From a virus: a stretch of 64,000 nt of DNA. Under the pieces are notes generated by a model. It did no database searches and was not told where the DNA came from. It was given only the letters and a program-made list of their open reading frames with translations. The stretch is taken from IMG/VR virus record IMGVR_UViG_3300045988_154481. One strand, written 5' to 3'. The first letter of the stretch is position 1, and every line of letters starts with the position of its first letter. Below, one piece after another: positions 47,416 to 57,090 of the stretch. The translations under genes and the position numbers were made by a program.

Positions 47416-48000
47416 ATGACTATTAAGGAACAATGTATACATTTACGGGAAGAAGGAAAAACTTATAACGAAATTTGTACTATTCTACACTGTTCTAAAA
47501 GTACAGTTGCATATCATTTGAATACGACTACTAAGATAGCAGCTACAAAATGACAAAGCGAAAACAAATGTAAGGATTGAAAGTACAAATTTATGCATAG
47601 TTGTTCTAACTTTCTAAATCGAAGAGATAGATCTAAACATATCAGAACAATGTGTTCAGATTGAAATAAAAAGTTTAGAACTCACGTATCAGAGTTCAAT
47701 AATAGATATAAAAACAAAGGAAATTTGGCTAATAAATGTTATTACAAGGATGTGTTAACATATCTTAATGGAACTAATGTTAAATGTTATTTAACAGGTA
47801 CACCTATTGATTTGACAAAAGATGATTATTGTTTTGATCATATAGTTCCTGTATCAAAAGGAGGAACTAATGAATTATCAAATCTAGGAGTAACTATTCC
47901 CTCAGCTAATTATTCTAAACATGATTTAACTATAGAGGAATATTTGTCTTTATGTAAACAGGTTTTAGAACACCATGGGTATACTGTAAGTAAAACTTAA
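47416..48000 (+). CDS. HNH homing endonuclease with an N-terminal HTH (three in-frame TGA).
   Basis: Manual translation gives MTIKEQCIHLREEGKTYNEICTILHCSKSTVAYHL...ATK-W-QSENKCKD-W-KYKF...CSD-W-NKKF..., joining ORF 47725..48000 (DHIVPVSKGGTNELSNL). Confidence 0.75.
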
Positions 48001-48004
48001 AAAT

Positions 48005-48508
48005 ATGACTTATAAACAAATTTTTATTGGAGGGATTACTATTCTGGGTATGTATATGCTACTGGGTTTGATGTTAAATTTCCCATGTAAATCAGAAGTG
48101 TCTCCAGTAAACTCTCCTGTAATTATTACAGAAGATTGTGATTCTCTTACAGAGTGGCAAGTTTTTATCATGGCACTTGTTGAAGTAGAATGTGAGAGAA
48201 ATCCAAAAGTAAAATCTAGTAAAAATGCAATAGGCCCATTCCAAATTACTAAAATTTATGTTGATGAAGTTAATAACTTATATAACACTAATTTTGTGTT
48301 AGAGGATGCTTGGGATCTTGATAAAGCTTTAACTATGTTTGAAATGATGAATGACCATTATAATCCAACTAGAGATATTGATAGAGCAATTAAACTACAT
48401 AATCCTGGAGCTGGTAAATGGTATGGGAAAAGAATAAAAGATCGTATGGAACTAATTCGATTTAGTGAAGCACTAAGATTCAAAATTGTTGAACTTTACG
48501 ATAATTAA
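48005..48508 (+). CDS. Signal-anchored putative muramidase or transglycosylase (SAR-endolysin-like).
   Basis: N-terminal transmembrane segment, then AIGPFQITKIYVDEVNN, which resembles the SLT catalytic region. Tentative. Confidence 0.35.
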   Translation: MTYKQIFIGGITILGMYMLLGLMLNFPCKSEVSPVNSPVIITEDCDSLTEWQVFIMALVEVECERNPKVKSSKNAIGPFQITKIYVDEVNNLYNTNFVLEDAWDLDKALTMFEMMNDHYNPTRDIDRAIKLHNPGAGKWYGKRIKDRMELIRFSEALRFKIVELYDN

Positions 48509-48509
48509 T

Positions 48510-48611
48510 ATGTGGTGGTTGATTGGATTACTATTAGCTATTGCTATCATACTTAGTCCTATGTTATGGGCTATTTATAAACATATAACGTATGAGAAGT
48601 TGAATAACTAA
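48510..48611 (+). CDS. Tiny transmembrane peptide (holin-like?).
   Basis: MWWLIGLLLAIAIILSPMLWAIYKH... Confidence 0.2.
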   Translation: MWWLIGLLLAIAIILSPMLWAIYKHITYEKLNN

Positions 48612-49203
48612 AATTTTAAGTGGAGTTGCAATTATTTTAGGAATAACTGTTTACTTCATGAATGTAAGGATAAATGATTTAAATAAATCATTAGATATAT
48701 CCGTTAATAATGAAAAAGCATACTCGGCTGAAAACTCAGCCTTGAAAGAGAGTAATATAGTTTTTAGATTTGAGTTAGCTCAAATGACCCACATGAATGA
48801 TTCAATTCTTGTGAAAATGCGAGAAGTAGCCCAAGAACTCAAAATAAAGGATAAGAAATTAGAATCTTTACAATATCAGTTAGAACATATTTCTAAGTCA
48901 GATACTATTTTTATTAGAGATACTATATTTAAAGATCCTGGTTTTAAACTTGATACGTGTATTCAAGATAAATGGGCTAAAACTTGTCTACATCTTGAAT
49001 ATCCAAATGAAGTAGGAGTGTCAAGCGAGTTTAACAATGAAAAGTATATTATTACTTCTTGGAAAAAAGAACCAATTAAGCAAAGGAAGTGGTTCCTTCC
49101 AAGATGGTTTACGAAAAAACAAAAAATTGTAACTGTTGACGTAGTAGATAAGAATCCTTATGTAACTACAGAAAGACAGAGATTTGTACAAATTGTAGAT
49201 TAA
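48592..49203 (+). CDS. Type-II membrane coiled-coil protein (i-spanin-like), with one TGA near the start.
   Basis: ATG at 48592, then MRS-W-ITKILSGVAIILGITVYF, in frame with ORF 48658..49203. Confidence 0.35.
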
Positions 49204-49470
49204 ATGATTACAACAATACCTACAAAATATGATATAGGGCAGAAAGTATATTTAAAGAAAACTGCTCTTGACTTTTCTCGAGGATATTTCATTGATGTTG
49301 AAGTTCCAGATCCAACTCCTTACATAATTACATCTATTAGAATTCATGTATATCCTGATTATACAAGTATTTATTACCGTATCGATGGAAAACAGGAATC
49401 TATTAGGGAGGATAAAGTATTTAGTTCTTTAGAAGAGGTAGAAGCCCATTGTAAGCATGATTCAGAATAG
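49204..49470 (+). CDS. Hypothetical protein.
   Basis: 88-aa ORF. Confidence 0.4.
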   Translation: MITTIPTKYDIGQKVYLKKTALDFSRGYFIDVEVPDPTPYIITSIRIHVYPDYTSIYYRIDGKQESIREDKVFSSLEEVEAHCKHDSE

Positions 49471-49951
49471 CTTTTTGGAAAAAGGTAAAGAGAAAGAATT
49501 AGAATTTGCCTTAGCTCTTTGCAAAGCTAAAAGTCTTTCGTCCTCTATAATAGAAGAAGCTAGCAAGGAAGATGACATTTATCGTCATATTGATATCTGG
49601 GTGGGAGCAAATAGTTTCGATGTTAAAGCTGCAAAGAAAACCAACCGCTCTGATTTACTTCCTAACTATGATATTCATTGGATAGAACTCAGAAACGTTC
49701 ATGGAGACAAAGGCTGGCTATTCGGGCAAGCTGATTATATAGCCTTTGAGTTGGAAACTACTTGGTGTATCTGTCCAAGAATTTCTTTAATACGGTCTCT
49801 AAAGGGTAAAATTGATTTTTCCAATTTTACTACTAATAGAGATGATATGTTTAGAGTATATAGACGTAAAGATAGATTAGATGCTATTGTTAAAGTCGAT
49901 AGTGATTTTTTGACCAAGGTTACGTCTAGTTTTTTAATTCCTAAAGAATAG
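49457..49951 (+). CDS. Hypothetical protein.
   Basis: 164-aa ORF. Confidence 0.45.
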   Translation: MIQNSFLEKGKEKELEFALALCKAKSLSSSIIEEASKEDDIYRHIDIWVGANSFDVKAAKKTNRSDLLPNYDIHWIELRNVHGDKGWLFGQADYIAFELETTWCICPRISLIRSLKGKIDFSNFTTNRDDMFRVYRRKDRLDAIVKVDSDFLTKVTSSFLIPKE

Positions 49952-49954
49952 ACT

Positions 49955-50137
49955 ATGATTTTCTCTTTAGTGTATTACTTGATTTGTGCAGGTATTATTT
50001 TTGGTTCTGATGACGGAAAACCTTGGAAGTTTTCAGATTATATACTTTTATTGTTTGCAGGTATTTATGCTCCTTTAAGTGTAGGAGTTTATATTGGTAA
50101 ACATTTAAGGGAACACAAGGTATATAAGGAGGATTAA
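49955..50137 (+). CDS. Small membrane protein.
   Basis: 60 aa with 2 transmembrane segments. Confidence 0.3.
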   Translation: MIFSLVYYLICAGIIFGSDDGKPWKFSDYILLLFAGIYAPLSVGVYIGKHLREHKVYKED

Positions 50138-50147
50138 CCTCCTATAT

Positions 50148-50223
50148 GGTGTATATAGCTCAGTTGGTTTAGAGCGCCAGATTGTGGCTCTGGAGGTCAC
50201 CGATTCAAATTCGGTTATACACC
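50148..50223 (+). tRNA. tRNA-His(GUG) with an encoded G-1
   Basis: g-1 then gtgtata/tatacac, discriminator C; D-stem gctc/gagc; anticodon stem ccaga/tctgg with loop ttGTGgc; T-arm accga-ttcaaat-tcggt. Confidence 0.75.
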
Positions 50224-50237
50224 CTAAAATATGAATT

Positions 50238-50561
50238 ATGATTGAACAAAAACTATATCTTAAGAATGGATTCTTATTTGCAAATGGTTTTGAAAGAGTA
50301 GTTCATGGAGGTAGAGGAGATTATATTGAGTTAACAAGAGCACAAATTAAATTACCTTTACTATCTAGATTTGGAAATAAGAATTGGGAAACTACTAATT
50401 CTGAGGATATTTACTATTACTGGTTGTTTCCTGTAGGGTTTCCCGATGTTAAAATTTATAAACAGTGTAAAACTGTAAAATATGCTGATTATAAGGTAGG
50501 ATATTATTATATTTCTCCTAATGAGTTACTTAATTTTAAAGATCCAGAAGAATTATTTTAA
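50238..50561 (+). CDS. Hypothetical protein.
   Basis: 107-aa ORF. Confidence 0.4.
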   Translation: MIEQKLYLKNGFLFANGFERVVHGGRGDYIELTRAQIKLPLLSRFGNKNWETTNSEDIYYYWLFPVGFPDVKIYKQCKTVKYADYKVGYYYISPNELLNFKDPEELF

Positions 50562-50563
50562 AT

Positions 50564-51052
50564 ATGAAAAAATTAAACATTGCACTTGTTGCACATGATG
50601 CAAGGAAAAAGGAATTAATTGATTGGGTTAAATTCAATAAACAGTCATTATATAATCATCATATTATTGCTACAGGCACTACAGGTAAGTTACTTGGCAA
50701 TATCATGGTTAAACAAGTTGCAGAAACAGACTGGAAAGGAAATGAATATTTTGTAAATAAATATTTAAATGTAACCTCTGTTCTTTCTGGACCTCTTGGA
50801 GGAGATCAAATGATTGGTGCAATGATTGCACAAGGTCAAATTGATGTATTAATCTTCTTCTGTGATAATCTTATTACACAAGGACATCAAACAGATATTT
50901 CTGCATTAACTCGATTGGCATCCTTATATAATATTGCATTTGCAACAAATAGAACTACAGCAGACATGATTCTTACTTCGTCATTATTTGCGAATGAAGA
51001 ATATTGTCCTGTAAAAGCGGATTTTAGTAGTTATTTAAATCGCAAACTTTAG
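50564..51052 (+). CDS. mgsA: Methylglyoxal synthase.
   Basis: IALVAHD, ATGTTG, LSGPLGGDQMIGAMIAQGQIDVLIFF and ATNRTTADMIL align with E. coli MgsA. Confidence 0.85.
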   Translation: MKKLNIALVAHDARKKELIDWVKFNKQSLYNHHIIATGTTGKLLGNIMVKQVAETDWKGNEYFVNKYLNVTSVLSGPLGGDQMIGAMIAQGQIDVLIFFCDNLITQGHQTDISALTRLASLYNIAFATNRTTADMILTSSLFANEEYCPVKADFSSYLNRKL

Positions 51053-51054
51053 TT

Positions 51055-51312
51055 ATGTCAAAAAGTCGCAAACTTCCAATTTTTAAAGATAAAGGTCTTA
51101 AAGGCATTTATCACAGAATCGTTAAAAGGAGAATAAAAAATTATTTAAAGAGTAATTTTTTAAGATTACAAGATGAGGATTTTGATTGTAATATTCCAAA
51201 TCCTAAAACAATAGTTAGCGACTACAATTATAGCGATTATACAATCGATTTACGTTATGAAAAAGGTAAAAGATGGGGAGAAGAGTGGAAAGCTAAATTC
51301 TCTAGAAAATAA
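51055..51312 (+). CDS. Hypothetical basic protein.
   Basis: 85-aa ORF. Confidence 0.35.
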   Translation: MSKSRKLPIFKDKGLKGIYHRIVKRRIKNYLKSNFLRLQDEDFDCNIPNPKTIVSDYNYSDYTIDLRYEKGKRWGEEWKAKFSRK

Positions 51313-51438
51313 ACGTATCTTAGATTACATAAAGGCTGTAAGGAAGAAATCAAGGGAAGGGGAGATCCAATTGTATGGAAAACCTCTTCCTAAAACTAAG
51401 ATTAAAGAATCAAAAAAGATATATAAGAGAAATAAAAA

Positions 51439-52815
51439 ATGACTGCATTAGATTTTTTTTATGATGAGTTTGTTGCATTTTGCAATAAGTATGATCTAGT
51501 GGAACAATTTAATAAAGGGTTGCAGATAAAAGGTTTTCCTTACGAGTTAAGCTGTAAACCCTTTATTTTATCTAGGTTATCTCCAGAAATATTTAATTAC
51601 TCTTTACATTGGGCAGAAACTCCTACCCCAAAATCACATTCATGGGGAGAAATTCATGATCTTTGGGCAGAAAAAAGTGCAAAGATAGAAAATAGCTTCA
51701 AGAAGAAATCAAAAGTATTTGAATCATTTCCAGTATACTACTTTAAGTATAAAGGATATGATTATTTAGACTATGTTTCCGATCATATTAGGCAGTTATA
51801 CTATGCAGATCAGTTAATTCCAGTAAGAGTTATAGATGTAGAACAAGTAGACGTAAAAAATGGATGCCCAGAAGGTGTACATATTATTTCAAATATGTCC
51901 ATGTGGGCATTAAAAATGGTGACTAAGTATAGGGGGGTTGTTGAATATAAGGAGTATGACTTAGGAAAGAACATTATTAGAATGTCTGATAAGTTTGTAT
52001 CTATTATGAAAGCATTCCCAGCTGGATTATCTGCCATTCTAGAACTAAATCCTTCTAAAAAGGTCAATTATCTAGATATTGACTATAATACAGGCAAAGT
52101 TTCTTATCTTCCTATAGAGAAAACTCTTAAAAAGGATTTTGAGTCTGTACGTGCATATGCAGATAGTAATAGGAAAACAACTACTATAGGACGATTACTC
52201 AATAAGTTCAATTGGGCCCCTTATCTAGATAGATGTGATATCGAAAGGATATCCAATTTTGTTTCTGGATGTGGAGAAACTCTCAGTGTAGAAATTTGGG
52301 AACCTGAAAAAATACGTATAGCATATTTAGAAGATAATTATGCAGAAGAACTAAGATGTATAAAATCTACATTGCATAATTCTTGTATGCGACGTGCTGA
52401 GTGTCAAGATTTTTTTGAGTTTTATGAAAAAGCTGATGCAAAGATTGCTGTAGCACTTGATGAAAAAGGTAAAGTTTGTGCCAGAGCAATACTTTGGCAA
52501 ATCAATGATTCTTTATACTTTCTGGATAGAATTTACTCAATTAGTCCTTTTTACTATGTAAAGTTCGCAAAAGCTGTTGCAAGTAAGGTTCCTATAGACT
52601 TTTATAAAGTAGATAGAACTATATACAGTATAAAGACTCTCACTGAAGTAGAAATGCCAGTTTATAGATTATTTAGACCGAAGTTAATAAATTATGAAGG
52701 ATTGGTTCCCTATGTAGATACTTTCTATATATTTGATTCTACTTGTGGAGAACTATTGACTGATGCAAAAATTTTTAGACTTCAAACTACCGAAGGAAAT
52801 TTAATACATATATAA
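51439..52815 (+). CDS. Hypothetical protein (458 aa).
   Basis: Long ORF, TGA-free. Confidence 0.5.
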   Translation: MTALDFFYDEFVAFCNKYDLVEQFNKGLQIKGFPYELSCKPFILSRLSPEIFNYSLHWAETPTPKSHSWGEIHDLWAEKSAKIENSFKKKSKVFESFPVYYFKYKGYDYLDYVSDHIRQLYYADQLIPVRVIDVEQVDVKNGCPEGVHIISNMSMWALKMVTKYRGVVEYKEYDLGKNIIRMSDKFVSIMKAFPAGLSAILELNPSKKVNYLDIDYNTGKVSYLPIEKTLKKDFESVRAYADSNRKTTTIGRLLNKFNWAPYLDRCDIERISNFVSGCGETLSVEIWEPEKIRIAYLEDNYAEELRCIKSTLHNSCMRRAECQDFFEFYEKADAKIAVALDEKGKVCARAILWQINDSLYFLDRIYSISPFYYVKFAKAVASKVPIDFYKVDRTIYSIKTLTEVEMPVYRLFRPKLINYEGLVPYVDTFYIFDSTCGELLTDAKIFRLQTTEGNLIHI

Positions 52816-52816
52816 T

Positions 52817-53182
52817 ATGAAAAATGCACGTTTTTATTACAGTGTTCCGCTGAGCACTGTAAAGGTTTTAGTTGTAGGAACTCAAGATTTTATTCCTGAT
52901 GATGTTGCTGGTTTTTACAAATCTTCAATTCAGCCTATGCCTCGAATTACTATTTGTAGTCTGCTTAATGAGGATCGTACAAAATTATCTTTTGGAGTAG
53001 CTGTATGTTCAGCTAAAGATCGTTTCGTAAAGAAGATTGGTCGTGAGTTAGCTTACAAAAGAGCCCTTGAACATCCTTTCAAAGTAGCTGAAGTTACTAA
53101 AGATAATATTCGTGAAGTACGAATGAATGTATCTCAGGCTATTGAAGGAGAAATATGGGCAATGCATCCTAAGAAATTCTAA
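52817..53182 (+). CDS. Hypothetical protein.
   Basis: 121-aa ORF. Confidence 0.45.
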   Translation: MKNARFYYSVPLSTVKVLVVGTQDFIPDDVAGFYKSSIQPMPRITICSLLNEDRTKLSFGVAVCSAKDRFVKKIGRELAYKRALEHPFKVAEVTKDNIREVRMNVSQAIEGEIWAMHPKKF

Positions 53183-53332
53183 TGGAGTACGAAATTATAA
53201 TTCATGGTAAAGTTTCTACTAAAAATGTAGATAAATTCAAAGAATGCTTCGGAAAAGCATTAACAGATAGTGAATCCACCTTTAGGGGGAATACTTATAT
53301 CTATGAATTTACAGAATACGAAGAGGTAAAAG

Positions 53333-53746
53333 ATGATACAGAAAGCTAGGGAATTTACTGTTCCTATTCTTAATGTTAAAGTGTCAATCCTAATTGGAAG
53401 TCCACTATCCGTAGAAAGTTACCTTCAGGATGTTCATAACAAAGTATTCGGACATAGTGCACCAAATGTAGTTGCAGAAACCTTTTATTCTACTGAATCA
53501 GATGTTGATGAGTTTTTGTATATTGCATTATACGATGATACAGATATAAAAGATTCTGCATATAACGTTATACATGAATGTCTTCATGCTGCTCATAAAA
53601 TCTGCACTTTCAGAGGAGTTGAGTTAGATGAAGAGTTTCTATGTTATTTGCAGGGATTCTTAATTAACAAAGTATTTGAATGTTTGAATGCTGAACTGAT
53701 GGTAGTTACAAACCATCAATTGACTGCGGAGGATACTCTGCAATAA
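53333..53746 (+). CDS. Hypothetical protein with an HExxH motif (putative metallopeptidase-like).
   Basis: VIHECLHAAH. Confidence 0.35.
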   Translation: MIQKAREFTVPILNVKVSILIGSPLSVESYLQDVHNKVFGHSAPNVVAETFYSTESDVDEFLYIALYDDTDIKDSAYNVIHECLHAAHKICTFRGVELDEEFLCYLQGFLINKVFECLNAELMVVTNHQLTAEDTLQ

Positions 53747-54123
53747 TAACTCAAAATGGTGAAGTTATAAAAAAACTTTACAGAGGTTATAGAAACACTA
53801 CTAACAACCGTATGGAACTTCTAGGGGTCTTAGAATGTCTTAGATATTTTACAAACCCTGAACAAATAACCATATATTCGGATTCTCAATATGTAGTATC
53901 GAGTATTAACAACAAGCATCTTACCAAGTGGGTTGAAGACAATGATCAATCCAAAAAGAATCTTGATTTGTGATATCCGATTTATGAATTATTGAAGTTT
54001 CATACGGTTACTTTTGTGTGAGTAAAAGGCCACAATAATAACAAATTTAATGAGTTAGCGGATTTATTTGCAACTCATGCAAGTGATTGTTTAGATCTAC
54101 CAGAAGATAATGGTTCATTTTAA
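53680..54123 (+). CDS. rnhA: Ribonuclease HI (three in-frame TGA). It overlaps the 3' end of the previous ORF in another frame.
   Basis: Manual frame-1 translation gives MFEC-W-TDGSYKPSIDCGGYSAII...TTNNRMELLGVLE...YSDSQYVV...NLDL-W-YPIYELLKFHTVTFV-W-VKGHNNNKFNELADLFA. The TGA at 53971 aligns with the Trp of E. coli VDLW, and the TGA at 54019 with the Trp of WVKGH. Confidence 0.8.
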
Positions 54124-54475
54124 GATTAAAAAAGTCGGAAATCACTGGTATCCATGTGTTAATCATGAATATGACAGTGACATATCGTTGGATCCAAAAA
54201 TTGAGAAATATCTCAATAACTACTCTGTAAAATCTGGATATGTGGATGAAGTTACAATAGAGTTGGAAGAGATTCCAATGATAACAGAAGATATTAATTT
54301 AATCTTCTTTAACGAGTCTGATATTACAAGATATTATACTACTGATGACGATTTCAATCTTAGGTTTGAAATCAATGACCATGAATTTGAGATTGATGCA
54401 TATTTATTTGGATGCTTTGAATTGCAATTCAATTTAAATTTCCATGAAAATCTCTATAAATTACATATCTGGTAA
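54110..54475 (+). CDS. Hypothetical acidic protein.
   Basis: 121-aa ORF. Confidence 0.4.
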   Translation: MVHFKIKKVGNHWYPCVNHEYDSDISLDPKIEKYLNNYSVKSGYVDEVTIELEEIPMITEDINLIFFNESDITRYYTTDDDFNLRFEINDHEFEIDAYLFGCFELQFNLNFHENLYKLHIW

Positions 54476-54622
54476 TGAAATATGAAATCAGGATAGTGCA
54501 GATTACTCCCAATGGTTGTTGTTTAGTATATGCTAAAGACTGTGAGACCGATGAGGAAATTGAAGAGATGACAGTGTATAATAAGAAATTACGCTGTTTC
54601 ATGACAAAGGAACGCAAAGACG

Positions 54623-55198
54623 ATGGAATTAAAAACTGAGGCACAGGAATCGACAGAAAAATTAGATATTAAGAGAAGAAAGTGTACTTTATCTGAGAAT
54701 ATTCAAAAACTTTTACTGCGGCAATTAAAGCACGAGCTGTATAATCATAACCTCTATATGAGTTTTTCTAACTTTTATGGAGTGCAAGGATTAGCTGTTC
54801 TGGAACAGTATTATAAAGAACGTGCAGATGAGGAATATCATCATCATTCATGGATTCGTACATATATGAATGAGAATGATGCAGCATATATTTACCCTGA
54901 TATTCCTGCCATTAGTGAAACTTTTGAAGATAATGTAACGCCATTTAAGTTAACTGTAGATAAGGAGATTCAAACAACTCAACTTATTTATGAAATTGTG
55001 GATGCAGCTCTTGAAGAGGGGGACTGGGCCACTTTTAATTGGCTAAATGGAGATAACGATGAAACTGGACGACTTGTTCAAGAACAAGTTGAAGAAGAAT
55101 CAATCTCACGTACTGCTCTAGATATTGCTATGGAGGAAGGTTCTTGGCTTCGTAAGGAGAAATCCATTATGAATGCTTATAAAGGAGATGTTGATTAA
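54623..55198 (+). CDS. Ferritin-like protein.
   Basis: Helix-A-like LKHELYNHNLYMSFSNFY and E..H in KERADEEYHHH. Confidence 0.45.
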   Translation: MELKTEAQESTEKLDIKRRKCTLSENIQKLLLRQLKHELYNHNLYMSFSNFYGVQGLAVLEQYYKERADEEYHHHSWIRTYMNENDAAYIYPDIPAISETFEDNVTPFKLTVDKEIQTTQLIYEIVDAALEEGDWATFNWLNGDNDETGRLVQEQVEEESISRTALDIAMEEGSWLRKEKSIMNAYKGDVD

Positions 55199-55928
55199 GT
55201 TACCCGAAGACATTAATGATCTATATTTCTGTGGTGATATTCATGGTAATTTAGATTATTTAAAGTATTTTATAAATACAGGAGTTGGATTCCCACAAAA
55301 GATATTTAACTCCTGTATTGTTTTATGTGGAGATGTAGGATTAGGATTTTCTCCTGATCTTGAAAGTATGAAGATCTCTTTCTTGAATAAGCTCTGCGAA
55401 AAAACTAATAATTATATTATCGCCATAAGAGGGAATCATGATGATCCTCAACAGTTTAAAAACCTTTATAACAAGAGATTCAAAGCGGTTGAAGATTATT
55501 CTGTAATTCAATATAAAGATAAAAATATCTTGTGTATTGGAGGTGGAACTTCTATAGACAGAATCTATAGAAAAAATAACAAATGGGGATATTGGGAAGA
55601 TGAAAAGATTGTTGAGTTGGATAATTTTGATTCAATTCCATATTGTCAAATTATTGTGTCCCATTGTGCTCCTACCTGTGCATACCCTTATGGAATAGGA
55701 AAGTTAGTAATGGAATTCTGTGATGGAGATGATTCATTACTGGAAGAATTACTTTGGGAGAGAAATTATCTTCAAACTTGCTACGAAGAAATGTCTAAAA
55801 AAGGACCAGTAGAAGATTGGTATTATGGGCATTACCATAGTACTATGGATACTACTGTAGATAATACGAGGTTTCATTTACTTGGTATTAATTACCTTTC
55901 TAGATATTGTTATAATGATTACAATTAA
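55173..55928 (+). CDS. Calcineurin-like metallophosphoesterase (Ser/Thr phosphatase-like).
   Basis: GDIHGN, GDVG, GNHD. Confidence 0.75.
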   Translation: MLIKEMLIKLPEDINDLYFCGDIHGNLDYLKYFINTGVGFPQKIFNSCIVLCGDVGLGFSPDLESMKISFLNKLCEKTNNYIIAIRGNHDDPQQFKNLYNKRFKAVEDYSVIQYKDKNILCIGGGTSIDRIYRKNNKWGYWEDEKIVELDNFDSIPYCQIIVSHCAPTCAYPYGIGKLVMEFCDGDDSLLEELLWERNYLQTCYEEMSKKGPVEDWYYGHYHSTMDTTVDNTRFHLLGINYLSRYCYNDYN

Positions 55929-56232
55929 ATGTTGTTTAGTTGCAGTTCAGACTGGACAATATTCTAAATTGGTGTTTGAGGACCTTAATAGGGATCCTTG
56001 CGATGATTTAAAATATGTCACTGTTGTAATGCTTCCAAATTGAGACTATAAAGATACTCTCAAAATTGGAGATACTGGATATCTGCAATTTGAAAGTGTA
56101 AAAGCTGGAGAAACTCAGTGATATAATAGAGAAATACAAGATTTTGCAGTTTATAAATTTAATGCTAATTATTTTATAAACTTCATTAAACACAAAGAGA
56201 TAAATAATATGAAAGAATTTAAGTTTGATTAA
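55915..56232 (+). CDS. Hypothetical protein (two TGA), overlapping the phosphatase 3' end.
   Basis: Manual translation gives MITIKCCLVAVQTGQYSKLVFEDLNRDPCDDLKYVTVVMLPN-W-DYKD...ETQ-W-YNREIQDF... Confidence 0.35.
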
Positions 56233-56234
56233 AT

Positions 56235-57065
56235 ATGGATACAGAATTTGGAGCTAAGTTAAAGGAAGCTATAACGGCTAAAGACAATGATATTAATAGC
56301 TTGGTATGAAAAGACAAAACTGGTGTAAACATTCGTTTAATGGATATTTCCCAGAATGAACTAAAGCGATATCATCGTCATTGCGAACAAATGCTAACTA
56401 ACAGGGACATTTACAAACCTGGTAAATTAGTAATTCGTGAAAACATCCAAAAATGTTGAGATTCTTGTAATGCTGAATTGTTTGCAAGATATTTAATGCA
56501 TGATTGTGAGACAGATATTAAAACCAATAAAGATCTACTTGACTTTATCAATGTCCAAAGAAAAGCAAATAATGTAGATGTGGAAGACAGTATTTCAGTT
56601 TTATTTACTGGACTTCCTCCTATCTATGAGAAAGTTACTGTAGGGAAGTTAATGGATGTATGTTTTGATAAGCTTGATGTACTTAACAAAAAGATGATTA
56701 CAGACAAGTTTATTATTGCGCAGGGAATCTGACTCACAGACGAAGAAAAACAAGAGCTCACAGAATTAGAAACAGGGGGTAAAATTAGAAATCGAATGGA
56801 AGTTATCAAGGAAAGACTTTGTCTTAATCCTGATATTAGACTGCGTGTAAGTCCTACAGGACTTTCATTTGCTGAGTTTAGAGCTTTAATTCAACTTTCT
56901 GATCTCCCTAAAATATCTTCCTTGTCTACAATTGCTCTTAAAACTCTTAGAGACAAAGTTTTACTGCTTTTGGACAATGATCTTGATTATCATATCAATA
57001 AATGGATGAAAATTAAGAAGGATATTGAACGAGTAGCAGAATATAAAAACTGGAATTTAGATTAG
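56235..57065 (+). CDS. Hypothetical protein, 276 aa (three TGA).
   Basis: Joins ORFs 56478..56732 and 56796..57065 and extends to the ATG at 56235 through TGAs (LV-W-KDK, KC-W-DSC, GI-W-LTDEE). Confidence 0.5.
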
Positions 57066-57090
57066 GTTCTGAAAATTAATTTTAGTAATT

